Source: a virus (lineage: Duplodnaviria; Caudoviricetes). From it: a stretch of DNA of 64,000 bases. The stretch covers positions 34,841-98,840 of IMG/VR virus record IMGVR_UViG_3300033074_001413, one strand, 5' to 3'. The notes below the pieces were generated by a model. That model ran no database searches, was not told where the DNA came from, and saw nothing but the letters and a program-made list of their open reading frames with translations. Positions 9,142 to 19,400 of this stretch are shown piece after piece. Position 1 is the stretch's first letter, and every line of letters begins with the position of its first letter. The position numbers were made by a program, and so were the translations under genes.

Positions 9142-9924
9142 TTATCGTCTTTCACTCAGTATCTGCTCGACTTCCGCCAATTTCACCGCCGCTTCCAACC
9201 CCTCCAGGTTCGTCCCCTCTACCTTGATATTCCTGTCTACCCACACCGTGTAGGTCCCTTGTTGGATGATAACGGAGGTGTTTGCCCTATCCCACTGCTC
9301 TGCGCTGCTGTTCTGGTTGATTTTGAACCCCGCCTGGATTAGTACATCGCGCCACTCCATCGTTTCCTCGAAGTGGTCTAGGCCCTTGGTCACCACCTTG
9401 CCGTCCACCCAGATGGTATAGGTGAAGAAGTCCTTCGGCTTGGAGATGACCACGGCGACGTTGTCCTTCTCCCACTGCTCGTTCGGCCATGCACTCTTCT
9501 CATGCACGACATGGTAGCCCCTCGCGATGAGCACCTCACGCCAGTTTTTCAGCCCGCTATCCTTCCAGTTTAATGTCTCGACCAAGGTGCCCAGGCGGTA
9601 CTTCCACTCGACTTGAGCGGACTCCTTGCGCCACTTGTAGTCAAGCATCAGCGCCGTCCGACAGTCATCCGGCGTGCGGTAAGATTCCTGACTTCCATCT
9701 GGGTAGGTAATGCATGCCCCATCCCCACTGCTGCACTCTATGAAATATCGGACGCGTGCCACTGGTTCGACAATCACGCGTGCCGAATCGGGGTGGAAGG
9801 CTGGATCGGCTTCTAACACCCTAAGTGGGCGCGGACCTTCCGGGAATTCGAGAAACAGCTCGCCAATTTTGGGAATTCTATAGTCCCCGGTTGGCCTGAC
9901 CTCAACGCCTTCCCACGTTAGCAT
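9142..9924 (-). CDS. Hypothetical protein with an internal duplicated domain
   Basis: WREVLIARGY...EQWEKDN...YTIWVDG is repeated as WRDVLIQAGF...EQWDRAN...YTVWVDR. Confidence 0.65.
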   Translation of the reverse strand: MLTWEGVEVRPTGDYRIPKIGELFLEFPEGPRPLRVLEADPAFHPDSARVIVEPVARVRYFIECSSGDGACITYPDGSQESYRTPDDCRTALMLDYKWRKESAQVEWKYRLGTLVETLNWKDSGLKNWREVLIARGYHVVHEKSAWPNEQWEKDNVAVVISKPKDFFTYTIWVDGKVVTKGLDHFEETMEWRDVLIQAGFKINQNSSAEQWDRANTSVIIQQGTYTVWVDRNIKVEGTNLEGLEAAVKLAEVEQILSERR

Positions 9925-10105
9925 GCCAAGATCCTTTCATGCCGCGCAGAGCGCGTGCAAGCAGCGTCAAATTTCCGTCTAATTACCCAGGATCGATGTA
10001 CGAGCGCGTTGAAGTCAGATCTGCGCCGTTCGATTGGGCGAAGCCATATTGAAAGCGTAAACGTGAGTTGATTACTCCGGATTTTGCGGATCATTTTAAA
10101 GCATC

Positions 10106-10327
10106 CTAATCCTTAATCTTCGGTGCGGCCTTCTTGGGCTTACCCAGTGCCTCCGTCTTGACCGCGCAGTTCACCTTCAGTGTGGGCAGGAAGAAATGCG
10201 TCTCGCCCGCTTCGACCTTGACGTCACCCGTCGACCACTCCATGATGTCCTTGAGACGGATTGAGCGGCGTTTGGCGACGTAGCGCAGTTCATTCAGTAC
10301 GGCGGTTTCAAGCGTGCGCATGCTCAT
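10106..10327 (-). CDS. Hypothetical basic protein
   Basis: 73-aa ORF in a - strand operon. Confidence 0.55.
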   Translation of the reverse strand: MSMRTLETAVLNELRYVAKRRSIRLKDIMEWSTGDVKVEAGETHFFLPTLKVNCAVKTEALGKPKKAAPKIKD

Positions 10328-10546
10328 TGGTTTTCTCCAGTTCCGCGATTCTCCCCTTCAGGGCGGCTATGCACCCGCGCAGCAGTCCACCTGTGACCGA
10401 ATCACCATCGGAATGAAACGCGGTGTCCTTGTAGATCCGCCCAACCATCTGGCCGTTGAGCATGATCCTGCCCTCGCTGCCGTTGCATACCGTGCAGCCA
10501 CAGCGTTCGACTTCACCCTCGATCTCCATCTGACAGTTCACGCAGA

Positions 10547-11011
10547 TCATGCCGATGCCTTTCCTGTCCCACGTAGGTATTGGGTCACCTTGAACGGGAA
10601 TCGTTTGAATATTTCCGGGTATGCTTGGACTGCCATGGCCAGGAGTTCTTCGAAAGTGTAGTCACCCTGCGCCAGGAAGCAGCTATTGGATTTGAAGCGG
10701 GTGTCAACCGTGCGGTCCCAGAATGCCAGGGCTGTCCAGCCGTCCTTCTTGTGCAACAAAGCCCGACCCTGCGTCTCCTGCTGGTCGGGTGGACAGAGCG
10801 TCGAGTCGATGAGGTGCTTCCACGGCTGGACTTCAACTCGACGCGTCTGTCCATTCTCGTAGAGGTAGTGACCTATCCCGCGTAGACACCCGAAATAGAA
10901 GATCGACGGGGTGTTGAAGGCACCACGTTCAGCGTAGTGCTGCGCTACTTCAATGAATGGCTCCGGTACGCCAAGCCGACGTAGTTCTTCCGGGTCGCAC
11001 ACGCGTTTCAT
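10547..11011 (-). CDS. Conserved hypothetical phage protein
   Basis: GWTALAFWDRTVDTRxxSNS motif. Confidence 0.65.
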   Translation of the reverse strand: MKRVCDPEELRRLGVPEPFIEVAQHYAERGAFNTPSIFYFGCLRGIGHYLYENGQTRRVEVQPWKHLIDSTLCPPDQQETQGRALLHKKDGWTALAFWDRTVDTRFKSNSCFLAQGDYTFEELLAMAVQAYPEIFKRFPFKVTQYLRGTGKASA

Positions 11012-11064
11012 ATTAGTTCACCGCGTGGCTGACCTGACCGATGATTGAGACGCCAGAGATGAGT

Positions 11065-11286
11065 TCACTCACTGACCCACCTCGCTTTCGGCTTGGGGTG
11101 GGCCAATTCGTACTCGGTGCGGAAGGCTATTGCGGTTTCCGGGTCGCAGTTGAGGATGGCGGAGTACCTGCCAGATCCCTCGTTCAACCCGGTGCCACCC
11201 TCGGCCAGACGTTGGCGAACCTGGGCGAGAGCATACATCAACTGTGTTTGATCTTCACCTTCGATGGTGATGGTAAACTTCAGCAT
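11065..11286 (-). CDS. Hypothetical protein
   Basis: Leaderless start after TTGCAA-18-TAGAAT. Confidence 0.6.
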   Translation of the reverse strand: MLKFTITIEGEDQTQLMYALAQVRQRLAEGGTGLNEGSGRYSAILNCDPETAIAFRTEYELAHPKPKARWVSE

Positions 11287-11595
11287 AACCCAATTCTACC
11301 ACAGAACTGGGTGAATTTGCAACTATCCTATTTGCCGAACCCGACCTTGAAACCCTTGTTGAACGCCTCGACAAACGGCTTATTGGTGGATGCGGCTAGC
11401 AGCGCGGCGGTGAGCAGCGGAGTGGTGTCTTCCAATTCGCTGGCTAGTTCACTACCCATTTCATGCTGCTCGATATATCCCAGGAATGTTTCCTTCTCAT
11501 CGAGTGGAATGTCATATTCCTTGCACATCTTACCGAATAGTTGACCTTCCTTTTCGAAGATCTGAAGAGCTTTTGTTTGATTCATGCTTGGCATC

Positions 11596-12066
11596 TTAAT
11601 CCCTTTTGAGGTTGAGGAATGATAGGTCGACAACCTCGTGATCTAAAATCTGAACATCCGTAATTTGCAGATCTTCGGATGGGTATAAACTAACTGTTTC
11701 TTTGAACCGTCCTTGCTTCATCCAACCCTTGCCGGGTGCGGTACGGTGCAAGTAGGTGAGATATCTATATCCTTCTTCGCGGGCTTGAGCGATTTCCCGT
11801 TTCAGCACTGTGTTGAACGTTCGTCCACGAACGGCCTGTTTGATAATCTCATCAATGTCTTTAATCTTTCCTGGTTTGGCCTTAACGGTAAGTATTCGTG
11901 GCTCTCCTGGTCTGCCGTACTGAACTCGCGTCCATGGCATTATTGCGTCTTTGTTAGAAGCCAAAAATATAACGTCGCCTTGGAATTTTGAGAACGCATG
12001 TTTAGCGCCGTGATAAAAGACCCACTGATCTTTAATTTCGGCCATCAACTGCTGATAAGTACGCAC
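11596..12066 (-). CDS. Putative virion-packaged ADP-ribosyltransferase-fold protein
   Basis: TAAATA-N5-GTG; MRTYQQLMAE leader; FYHGAKHAFSKF...IFLA...EEGYRYL. Confidence 0.55.
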   Translation of the reverse strand: MRTYQQLMAEIKDQWVFYHGAKHAFSKFQGDVIFLASNKDAIMPWTRVQYGRPGEPRILTVKAKPGKIKDIDEIIKQAVRGRTFNTVLKREIAQAREEGYRYLTYLHRTAPGKGWMKQGRFKETVSLYPSEDLQITDVQILDHEVVDLSFLNLKRD

Positions 12067-12594
12067 ATCTTTATTTAGGGTGATGTTTCAAACAGGCCAG
12101 ACAGTCCACTTCCGCCCAGTCAAATGTGGTGAGCAGTGGCGAGTCAGTGCACATCTTCCAGGCGCGACAGGCACGACCTGCTGGACACAGCGTCCTGAGT
12201 TGGTTGTGACCATTCCACCAACCCATGTGGCGCTTACGTGTAGTTGCGGCCTTCGTCGACTTTGCATTGGCAGATGACACAATGATCCTCCCATGCGTGT
12301 CCACCAGCAATTAACCGGGTCTCCCAGTGTCTCCAGGAGTGAACCAGCACACACCACCATCCAGGCTTCCGGCTAACAGAATGGAAGGTTGTAGCACACG
12401 TCTTCATATATGCCCTTCAATGAAATCGGCCTCTTGTGCCACAGCGCTTCGATGGTGGAAACCAATGAAAAGTAAATCACCATCAGGATGACCAAAACAC
12501 AAGTAAGATAAGTCCAGCCATGGCTAGGACTAATATCGTCAGCGCCGTCGCCAGTGCCAGATTCCACGAGCACTGCATTAGAAAAATTACTTTA

Positions 12595-13740
12595 TCAATG
12601 TGCGACATTAACACGTTTCCACTTCCTACCGACGCGAATGGTGGATTTACCGACGAGTTTTGGTACACCGGATATGCGGCAATCGTCTATCTCAACCGCA
12701 CCAGCCTTGATAAGACGTTGGGCTTCGGTATTTGACGACGCCATGCCAGCCGCGACCATTACACGATCAAGACGGTCCTCCTGGACGGAGACCTCCTCAA
12801 TGTCCGTTGGCTTTTCACCACGCGTGAATTGCTTCTCCCATTCTTCCTGTGCGATGTCCGCTGATTGACGGTCATGGAGCCATTCGACAATCCTCCATGC
12901 CAGTTCGAGCTTACATATCCTTCTATCCAGGTCTGGGCTAGCCGGATTGATGAATACCTCCGGGAACAGTGTCCCCCACCAACGAAACATCAGCGCGTCG
13001 GAAATGCTCATTACCTTGCTGAACATCTCGAACGGTGCTTCATTCAGCGCGATGTGGTTGCCAAGCGACTTGGACATCTTCTGGACGCCGTCAAGCCCCT
13101 CGAGCAACGGGACTGTGGCAATAACCTGAGGCTTGGCTTTGCGTAGGCGCATGTACTCACGCCCGATCATCAGGTTGAATAGCTGGTCGGTGCCGCCAAG
13201 CTCGATGTCCACGCTCTCAATATGCGAGTCGTAGGCTTGCAGAAGTGGGTATACCAGTTCATGCAGGTGGATTGGGGATTGGTCTGCGAACCGCTTCTTG
13301 AAATCGTCGCGTGCCATGATCTGCTGGAGCGTAAAGCTCGACAATAGACGAATCACGTCCGCGAAGGAAAACTTATCGAACCATTTGTTGTTCTCATGGA
13401 CGCAGGTCTTGTCCTTATCCAGGATCTTGTAGACCTGATCCAGGTACGTAAGGGCATTCCGGCTGATGATGACCTCGTCTAAAGCGGGACGTAGGGAGTT
13501 GCGGCCAGTCGGATCACCGATTGCTGCAGTGGCAGTGCCGACGATCATCATCACGGTGTGACCGTGGTCCTGGAACGTACGAAGGGTTTTGAGCAGGACG
13601 GCGTGGCCGAGATGGAGGTCTGGTGCAGTTGGATCGAACCCGGCTTTCACACGCAGTGGCTTTCCACTCGCGATCAACGCGTCGAATTCTTTCTCATCCA
13701 CAACCTGTACGAATCTGTCACGCAGCTCCATGCCATTCAC
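12595..13740 (-). CDS. tyrS: Tyrosyl-tRNA synthetase
   Basis: GFDPTAPDLHLGH (HIGH), IGDPTG, YPLLQAYD, GGTDQ, KMSKS, C-terminal S4-like domain. Confidence 0.97.
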   Translation of the reverse strand: MNGMELRDRFVQVVDEKEFDALIASGKPLRVKAGFDPTAPDLHLGHAVLLKTLRTFQDHGHTVMMIVGTATAAIGDPTGRNSLRPALDEVIISRNALTYLDQVYKILDKDKTCVHENNKWFDKFSFADVIRLLSSFTLQQIMARDDFKKRFADQSPIHLHELVYPLLQAYDSHIESVDIELGGTDQLFNLMIGREYMRLRKAKPQVIATVPLLEGLDGVQKMSKSLGNHIALNEAPFEMFSKVMSISDALMFRWWGTLFPEVFINPASPDLDRRICKLELAWRIVEWLHDRQSADIAQEEWEKQFTRGEKPTDIEEVSVQEDRLDRVMVAAGMASSNTEAQRLIKAGAVEIDDCRISGVPKLVGKSTIRVGRKWKRVNVAH

Positions 13741-14749
13741 GGTCCCTTCTTAGGCGACGTGCTCTCTCTTCATCATCTTCTTCACGACGGGCGAACTCGG
13801 AGATGGGATGATATGGAATACCAGTCCCATATAGTTCCCGACATATCTCCCTTTCGATGTCTTCTGCGGTGCGATTGTACGGCATGGCTAATACCTTCTG
13901 TGCGGCACTGACTGTTCCTTGCGTTTCAGGAAGTACTTCTCGATGAACCTGATCTGATCGGGAGTGAACCCGGCGATGCCAGCTTCTCTGAGCCACTCTT
14001 CGCGTTCCAGTTTGTGCTTTTCACGAAATTCTTCAAGCACCTTATCTCTTCCGAGAGTCTTGCTTCTGACAGCCATTCATAATCTCCCAATACAAATCAA
14101 TCTTGGTTTGCCATCTGTTGACGGTCTATCCGATAGATGGCTCTGGCGATGTGTCCACACCAAATTCTGAAAGCTTTCCGCACCACGGACAGGTCCACTG
14201 ATGCCTGTTTTCTGGAGCGTCTGCTATCGTCCACCACTTCCGGCAATGTGGGCAACGGAAGTGATATAAATGCTCCAGCGAGCGCAGTCCGCGTTGGTTC
14301 ATATTGATACGTAGTCATGACCTACCACGGACCACAGCAGTAATCTTCATTAATTTAGCCAGCGCGTCGGCAGCTTCCTGATCCATACCTTCTTCAATAT
14401 AGGCCTTGGCTAAATCGCGGTACGCCTCACGCAGACCACTAATGGCGGTGACCAGCGCTTCGCGGCACTTAACTATGCTAGTTGGCGGCGTTGGCACCCC
14501 GCGTTTCATTGTTCTTCCCCGATGAACTCTTGAACCCGTTCGTCGGACGGCACAACCCAATTGGTAATTCGGCCAGTCTTGACGTCGATGTCGAGGGTGA
14601 TGGAGCAACGTCGGGGCGTAGCCGCTACGCTGAAGCAGAATACTTCCGTCGTCACCAAACAGAGTGGTAGAGCAGAGGTCACTGCACTTGGCATCAATCC
14701 TCAGGATCATACCATCATTCTACCACAAGGTGAATGAAACGGTCAAGAT

Positions 14750-15091
14750 TCAACGTTTGGCTACGAGCCAGTTGGTGTGGTTGCCTATCCGCTCAAACAA
14801 CCCGGTGCTAAGGTAGTAGTTGACCAATTTATCTTGATTACCACGAGTGGAGTAGGCAAATAATACGAGAGTGAGACCAAGCTTCTTTGACTCCGCTACG
14901 GCCTTGCGGAGGACCTCTAGGCCAGCGCCCTTCTCACCACCATTGGTGAGACGATCAAGGAAAGCGATGTCATCAATGTCGCATTCAAGATCATCGGCGA
15001 GTTCGTCGGCGTAGTCGTAGTAGAAATCGTTGTCAGCCCATTCCTCTGGCTCAAGAAGTTCCGCCGATGCTGCGCCTGATTTGATTTCCAT
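14750..15091 (-). CDS. Putative GNAT-fold acetyltransferase
   Basis: EKGAGLEVL...LVLFA...KLVNYYLSTGLF pattern. Confidence 0.45.
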   Translation of the reverse strand: MEIKSGAASAELLEPEEWADNDFYYDYADELADDLECDIDDIAFLDRLTNGGEKGAGLEVLRKAVAESKKLGLTLVLFAYSTRGNQDKLVNYYLSTGLFERIGNHTNWLVAKR

Positions 15092-15486
15092 TATTCTTTC
15101 GGGAACCCGTAATTCAACTTAACCGGACGACCATGCATTTGGTCATCGACGAACTTTTTGAGGGTCTCCATACCAATGTCAAGATGTTCTTGATCTGCGG
15201 ACTGTGACCACTGTCTGAAGTTAGGGATTCCATTATTGTCGCAATCTTCTTGTGCAGACCACCAACTCCAGTTCTCTTCATCTCCATAATCCTCAATACC
15301 AATCACACCTGGGAACTTCGGATGTTTTGCCCAGTAATATGACTTCTTATGAGCGAGTTCGAAACCCTGACCGAGAAGCCATGTAATGGCTTCTTTACAG
15401 AACGCTCCTGTGTGTTGTGTCCATCTCGGACGGTTCTTTGTCCAGACAGAAGATGCTTCCTTGAGGAATTGATTAAATGGCTTCAT
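15091..15486 (-). CDS. Putative internal head protein
   Basis: MKPFNQFLKEAS CTS-like start. Confidence 0.65.
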   Translation of the reverse strand: MKPFNQFLKEASSVWTKNRPRWTQHTGAFCKEAITWLLGQGFELAHKKSYYWAKHPKFPGVIGIEDYGDEENWSWWSAQEDCDNNGIPNFRQWSQSADQEHLDIGMETLKKFVDDQMHGRPVKLNYGFPKE

Positions 15487-15487
15487 T

Positions 15488-16018
15488 TCAGTTTGCCTTG
15501 TAGAATTGAATACCGAATGCGTCTTCACCCAGTTCGTCGTACTCGTCGCTGATCTTGAAGCCCTTGGGAAGTTTGATCTCTATATCCTGCGGCTTGGCCA
15601 GAAGGAGTGCGACGGTCTTGGCTCCCTTATCCAGGAGATACTCCTTGAACTCTTCGCCGTATGTCAGATCACAGCTATCAGAGAAGTCCGACTTACCCGG
15701 TTCCGGTAGCGCGGTGCCAAACGTGATAACGTCAATTGGGCCGAACATGAAGTCCTCTTCAAGCAGTCCATTACCACGCAGCATCTCGATGTACTCTTTG
15801 TCGTCATCACCACCAGCAAAGGTTCTCAAATACATCTCGTCTGCTTGCTTGCGGTCCTTGGCAAGAATGAGTGTTGCTCCACCACGGCTATCGTAGTGAC
15901 CATAAAGCCACGCGCCGGAAATATGTGTGACTTCCCCCTCCAGCTTAGGAGTGGTGTTAGTACCTTCGCCGAGCAGTAGTTTACCCGCCTCGGTGATTAG
16001 TCCTTTGGTGATTGACAT
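15488..16018 (-). CDS. Putative internal head protein
   Basis: Late CTAAATA promoter upstream; MSITKGLITEA start; acidic. Confidence 0.55.
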   Translation of the reverse strand: MSITKGLITEAGKLLLGEGTNTTPKLEGEVTHISGAWLYGHYDSRGGATLILAKDRKQADEMYLRTFAGGDDDKEYIEMLRGNGLLEEDFMFGPIDVITFGTALPEPGKSDFSDSCDLTYGEEFKEYLLDKGAKTVALLLAKPQDIEIKLPKGFKISDEYDELGEDAFGIQFYKAN

Positions 16019-16190
16019 TCGTCTGGCTCCTGACTAGTATTTAGGGGTTGGACGTCCGTAACCTTGAGGGCTGGTAAAGCGTGGCGAAGCACCATACGAA
16101 CGTCATCGGCGGTAGCATTTTCTGGACTCCGTATGTTGGCTGTAATCACCCAGACCTTAGGGAATTTGTCCATACAATCATTATATCACA

Positions 16191-16436
16191 TCAGGCCCAA
16201 ACCACGCTACTATTCTTGATGAAATAATGAGTTCCACATGGATTGAGTAGTGATGGGCTTAGGCTAACCAGACCGTTCTCTCTGGTCATCGTCCATCCAT
16301 CAGACCCAAGTGGCGTCACTGCTTTAATCCCACACTTACAAGGGCACACATGAATGGCTAATTGGAATCTTTCCGAGATGTACATAACATTGTCGGCCAG
16401 TTTATCCGGCATGAACTCTACGTCTTCTATCGTCAT
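16191..16436 (-). CDS. DUF6527-like protein
   Basis: HVCPCKCG...W...SLSPSL...C.THYFI...V.W. Confidence 0.7.
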   Translation of the reverse strand: MTIEDVEFMPDKLADNVMYISERFQLAIHVCPCKCGIKAVTPLGSDGWTMTRENGLVSLSPSLLNPCGTHYFIKNSSVVWA

Positions 16437-16485
16437 CTTGCCGCCAATGGGCCTCCTTTTCAATAACTAATTAATTCGTAGGCTT

Positions 16486-19400
16486 ATGGCTCTTTCATTC
16501 AATTTTGCTCCATACTTTGACGACTTTGATCCGGCCAAGCATTTCTATCGGGTAATCTTCCGGCCAGCCCAGGGTGTCCAGGTCCGTGAGCTTAACCAAA
16601 TGCAGTCTATCCTGCAGGAGCAGGTGTCTAGATTCGGCGCTTACTTCTTCAAGCATGGCGCAATGGTTATCCCAGGACAGGTTGGGTTTGATGCGAAGTT
16701 GGCCTATGTCCGTCTCAAGAGCATATCACGGCCATTCGATCCACTCATTATTGGTAAACAGGTATTCGGATTGTCAAGTGGTCTGGTTGCAGAAATTCGT
16801 GCGTACACTCCAGCAACAGTGAACGATCCTGATACGATCTATGTCAAGTATCTCAACTCCAACGTAGCTGGAGATCTTACCTTCCAGGTTGGTGAGCAGC
16901 TTCTGTTAATCGATGCCGATACCAGTATCGCCAAAGCCGAAGCCGCCGCAGCGGAACTCGCTGCCGCCACTGTGCAGCTTAGCACTGGAGTTGGGTCAGT
17001 CAGTACTCTTGATCCAATCTGGCACGTAACTAGCCCGTTGGGTGGTGGCTCTCATGCCGCTACGATTATTGACTGGAATCCATACTGGCGCGTACCTAGC
17101 GAAGGATATAACTGGATCTCGGCGAGCGGTGCTACTCAGAGTATGCCGCTTGGTGATTACACCTACAACACCGGGTTCAGCATTGATAACGGTTCGACCA
17201 GCGCAATATTCGAATACACCATCGCAGCGGATGATCTCGTTAAGTCGTTCACACTTACTGGTCCTGGTGGATACGTTGCGACGAAGGACTACTCTGCTCT
17301 AAACCTGCGTGGTGGTCTAGCCGACATGATCGACAACTTACCGGGTGACGGTAGTTATGGACTGACCATCGTTGTCGAAAATCAAGCGAGCGCATACAGT
17401 GGTCTTCAACTAAGCACTGGTCAGGGAGCAGTTGGTAGTCTAGACACTCTCTGGCAGGTGAAGGCACCAAACAGAGCAAGACGTGGTGCTGCCCTGATTA
17501 TCGATCCAATGGCTCACTGGTTCACTCCACCATCTGGTGCGAAGTGGATTGGTAGCGTGGCTGACCAGGATGTTGTCGGTGTCTATGAGTATTCCGCACA
17601 GTTCAATGTCGACACTGGAACCAACTCCAGCACGTTCACCTACTCAATAGGCGCTGATAATCGTGTGAAACAGTTGGTATTGACTGGCCCACAGGGTTTC
17701 AAGTCAACCAAGACTTATTCCGGCCAGCACTTCGGCGATGGGAACCATGGCACGTGGGGTGAGATGGTTGAGGACTCCATCAAGGGTATGCCTGATGGCG
17801 ACTACACCCTGACCGTACAAGTTGAAAATACTGAGACAGTAGTCACCGATCAAACGCCAGTCGATGCCAGCACCGGGACTGGTAGCTGGACCGTATTGAC
17901 TCCTGGCTCCGGGACATTCGTTGCAGCCAACGTTATTACCAAGGATCCACTCTGGATCGACGTGGCTGGTGCTGAATGGGTCGGTGCAAGTTCCAATGCA
18001 GTCACACAGGGTATCTACACGTTCAAGCGCGACGTCACAATCAACGCCAGCGCCAATAATGGTGTGTTCAATTACACCATCGCTGCTGATAATAGCATTA
18101 GAAAGATCACCCTAACTGGTCCTGACGGGTATATCGCCACACGCGACTACACAGAGCAGGATAGATATAGCGAAGCCATTACAGACAGTTTCTATGAGCT
18201 ACCGGGTGATGGTACCTACACAATCACGGTGGATGTAAAGAATCTGCCTGTACCAACTCGCATCCAGACTGAGTCAACAGTAATGTTGAACACCGGGTTT
18301 GGTGTGATCGGATCGAATGATAACCGCTGGACTGTAAAGGTTCCTGGTAGTGGATCATTCGTGCCAGCACACGTGATTGCTCGTGACGCTAGCTGGATGG
18401 TTGAGGGAGTGAACCAGCACTGGATCTCCGCTGGTACATCCAGTGCTGATGCTGTTCCGGCTGGAACGTACACGTTCAAGACCGAGTTCGAATTTGCATC
18501 CGGATCAGACTCCGGAGTCCTGAACTTCACTGTCGCGGCCAACGATGCTATCCGGACAGTAAAGCTGGAAGGTCCAAGCAGCTACTCCAGCACCAAGACA
18601 TATTCAGATCTAAGCAACTACCATAATGGGGAGACCATCGCTGACATATTCGATGATCTTCCTGGAGATGGCAGCTATACTCTCACCATCACGGTAGAGA
18701 ATAATGCTGGACCAGCGGTCCGTGTCAACCTTCCGACCATATCATTGAACAGTGGCTCTGGAATAGTTGGTTCTACTGACACTAAATGGACAGTGAAGCG
18801 TCCATTTAGTGGAACGTGGGACCCGGTATATGCAGTCGGTGGTGGTGCTGGTTGGTTCTCTGCCCCTGCCGGATCGCACTGGGTGTCACCGGATCATGAT
18901 AACAACGCTCTTGCGAAAGGTGTATATGAGTACGCCACTACATTCAATATTACTGGTGGGGCAGACTTAGCCACACTCACACTCGACATTGGTGCTGATA
19001 ATATCCTGAAGGATCTTGTACTAACTGGTCCTGGTGGATATTCAGTTACGCGCACATACGGAACAGACGACCGCACTGTTGCACCACTTCATGAGTCTAT
19101 AACCAACCTTCCTGGAGATGGTACTTACTGGCTGAAGATTAAAGTAGAGAACTATCCGGTTCCACAAAGAGTCCAGACTGAAAGTGCCCAATCCATTGTG
19201 ACCGGACAGGGTGGTGGAACACCTGGGACAGCTGACCGTCGGTGGACTGTTTTGAATCCAGATGCACCATCAGCGATACCAGCACCATTGGCCTCTCACC
19301 CGAACTGGTTTGCTCCAGATGCTGGTACATCCTGGATCGGATATACGGCTGGCGCAAACGCGGCACTACCACTCGATGTCGTCATCCTTTGCGATACCAC

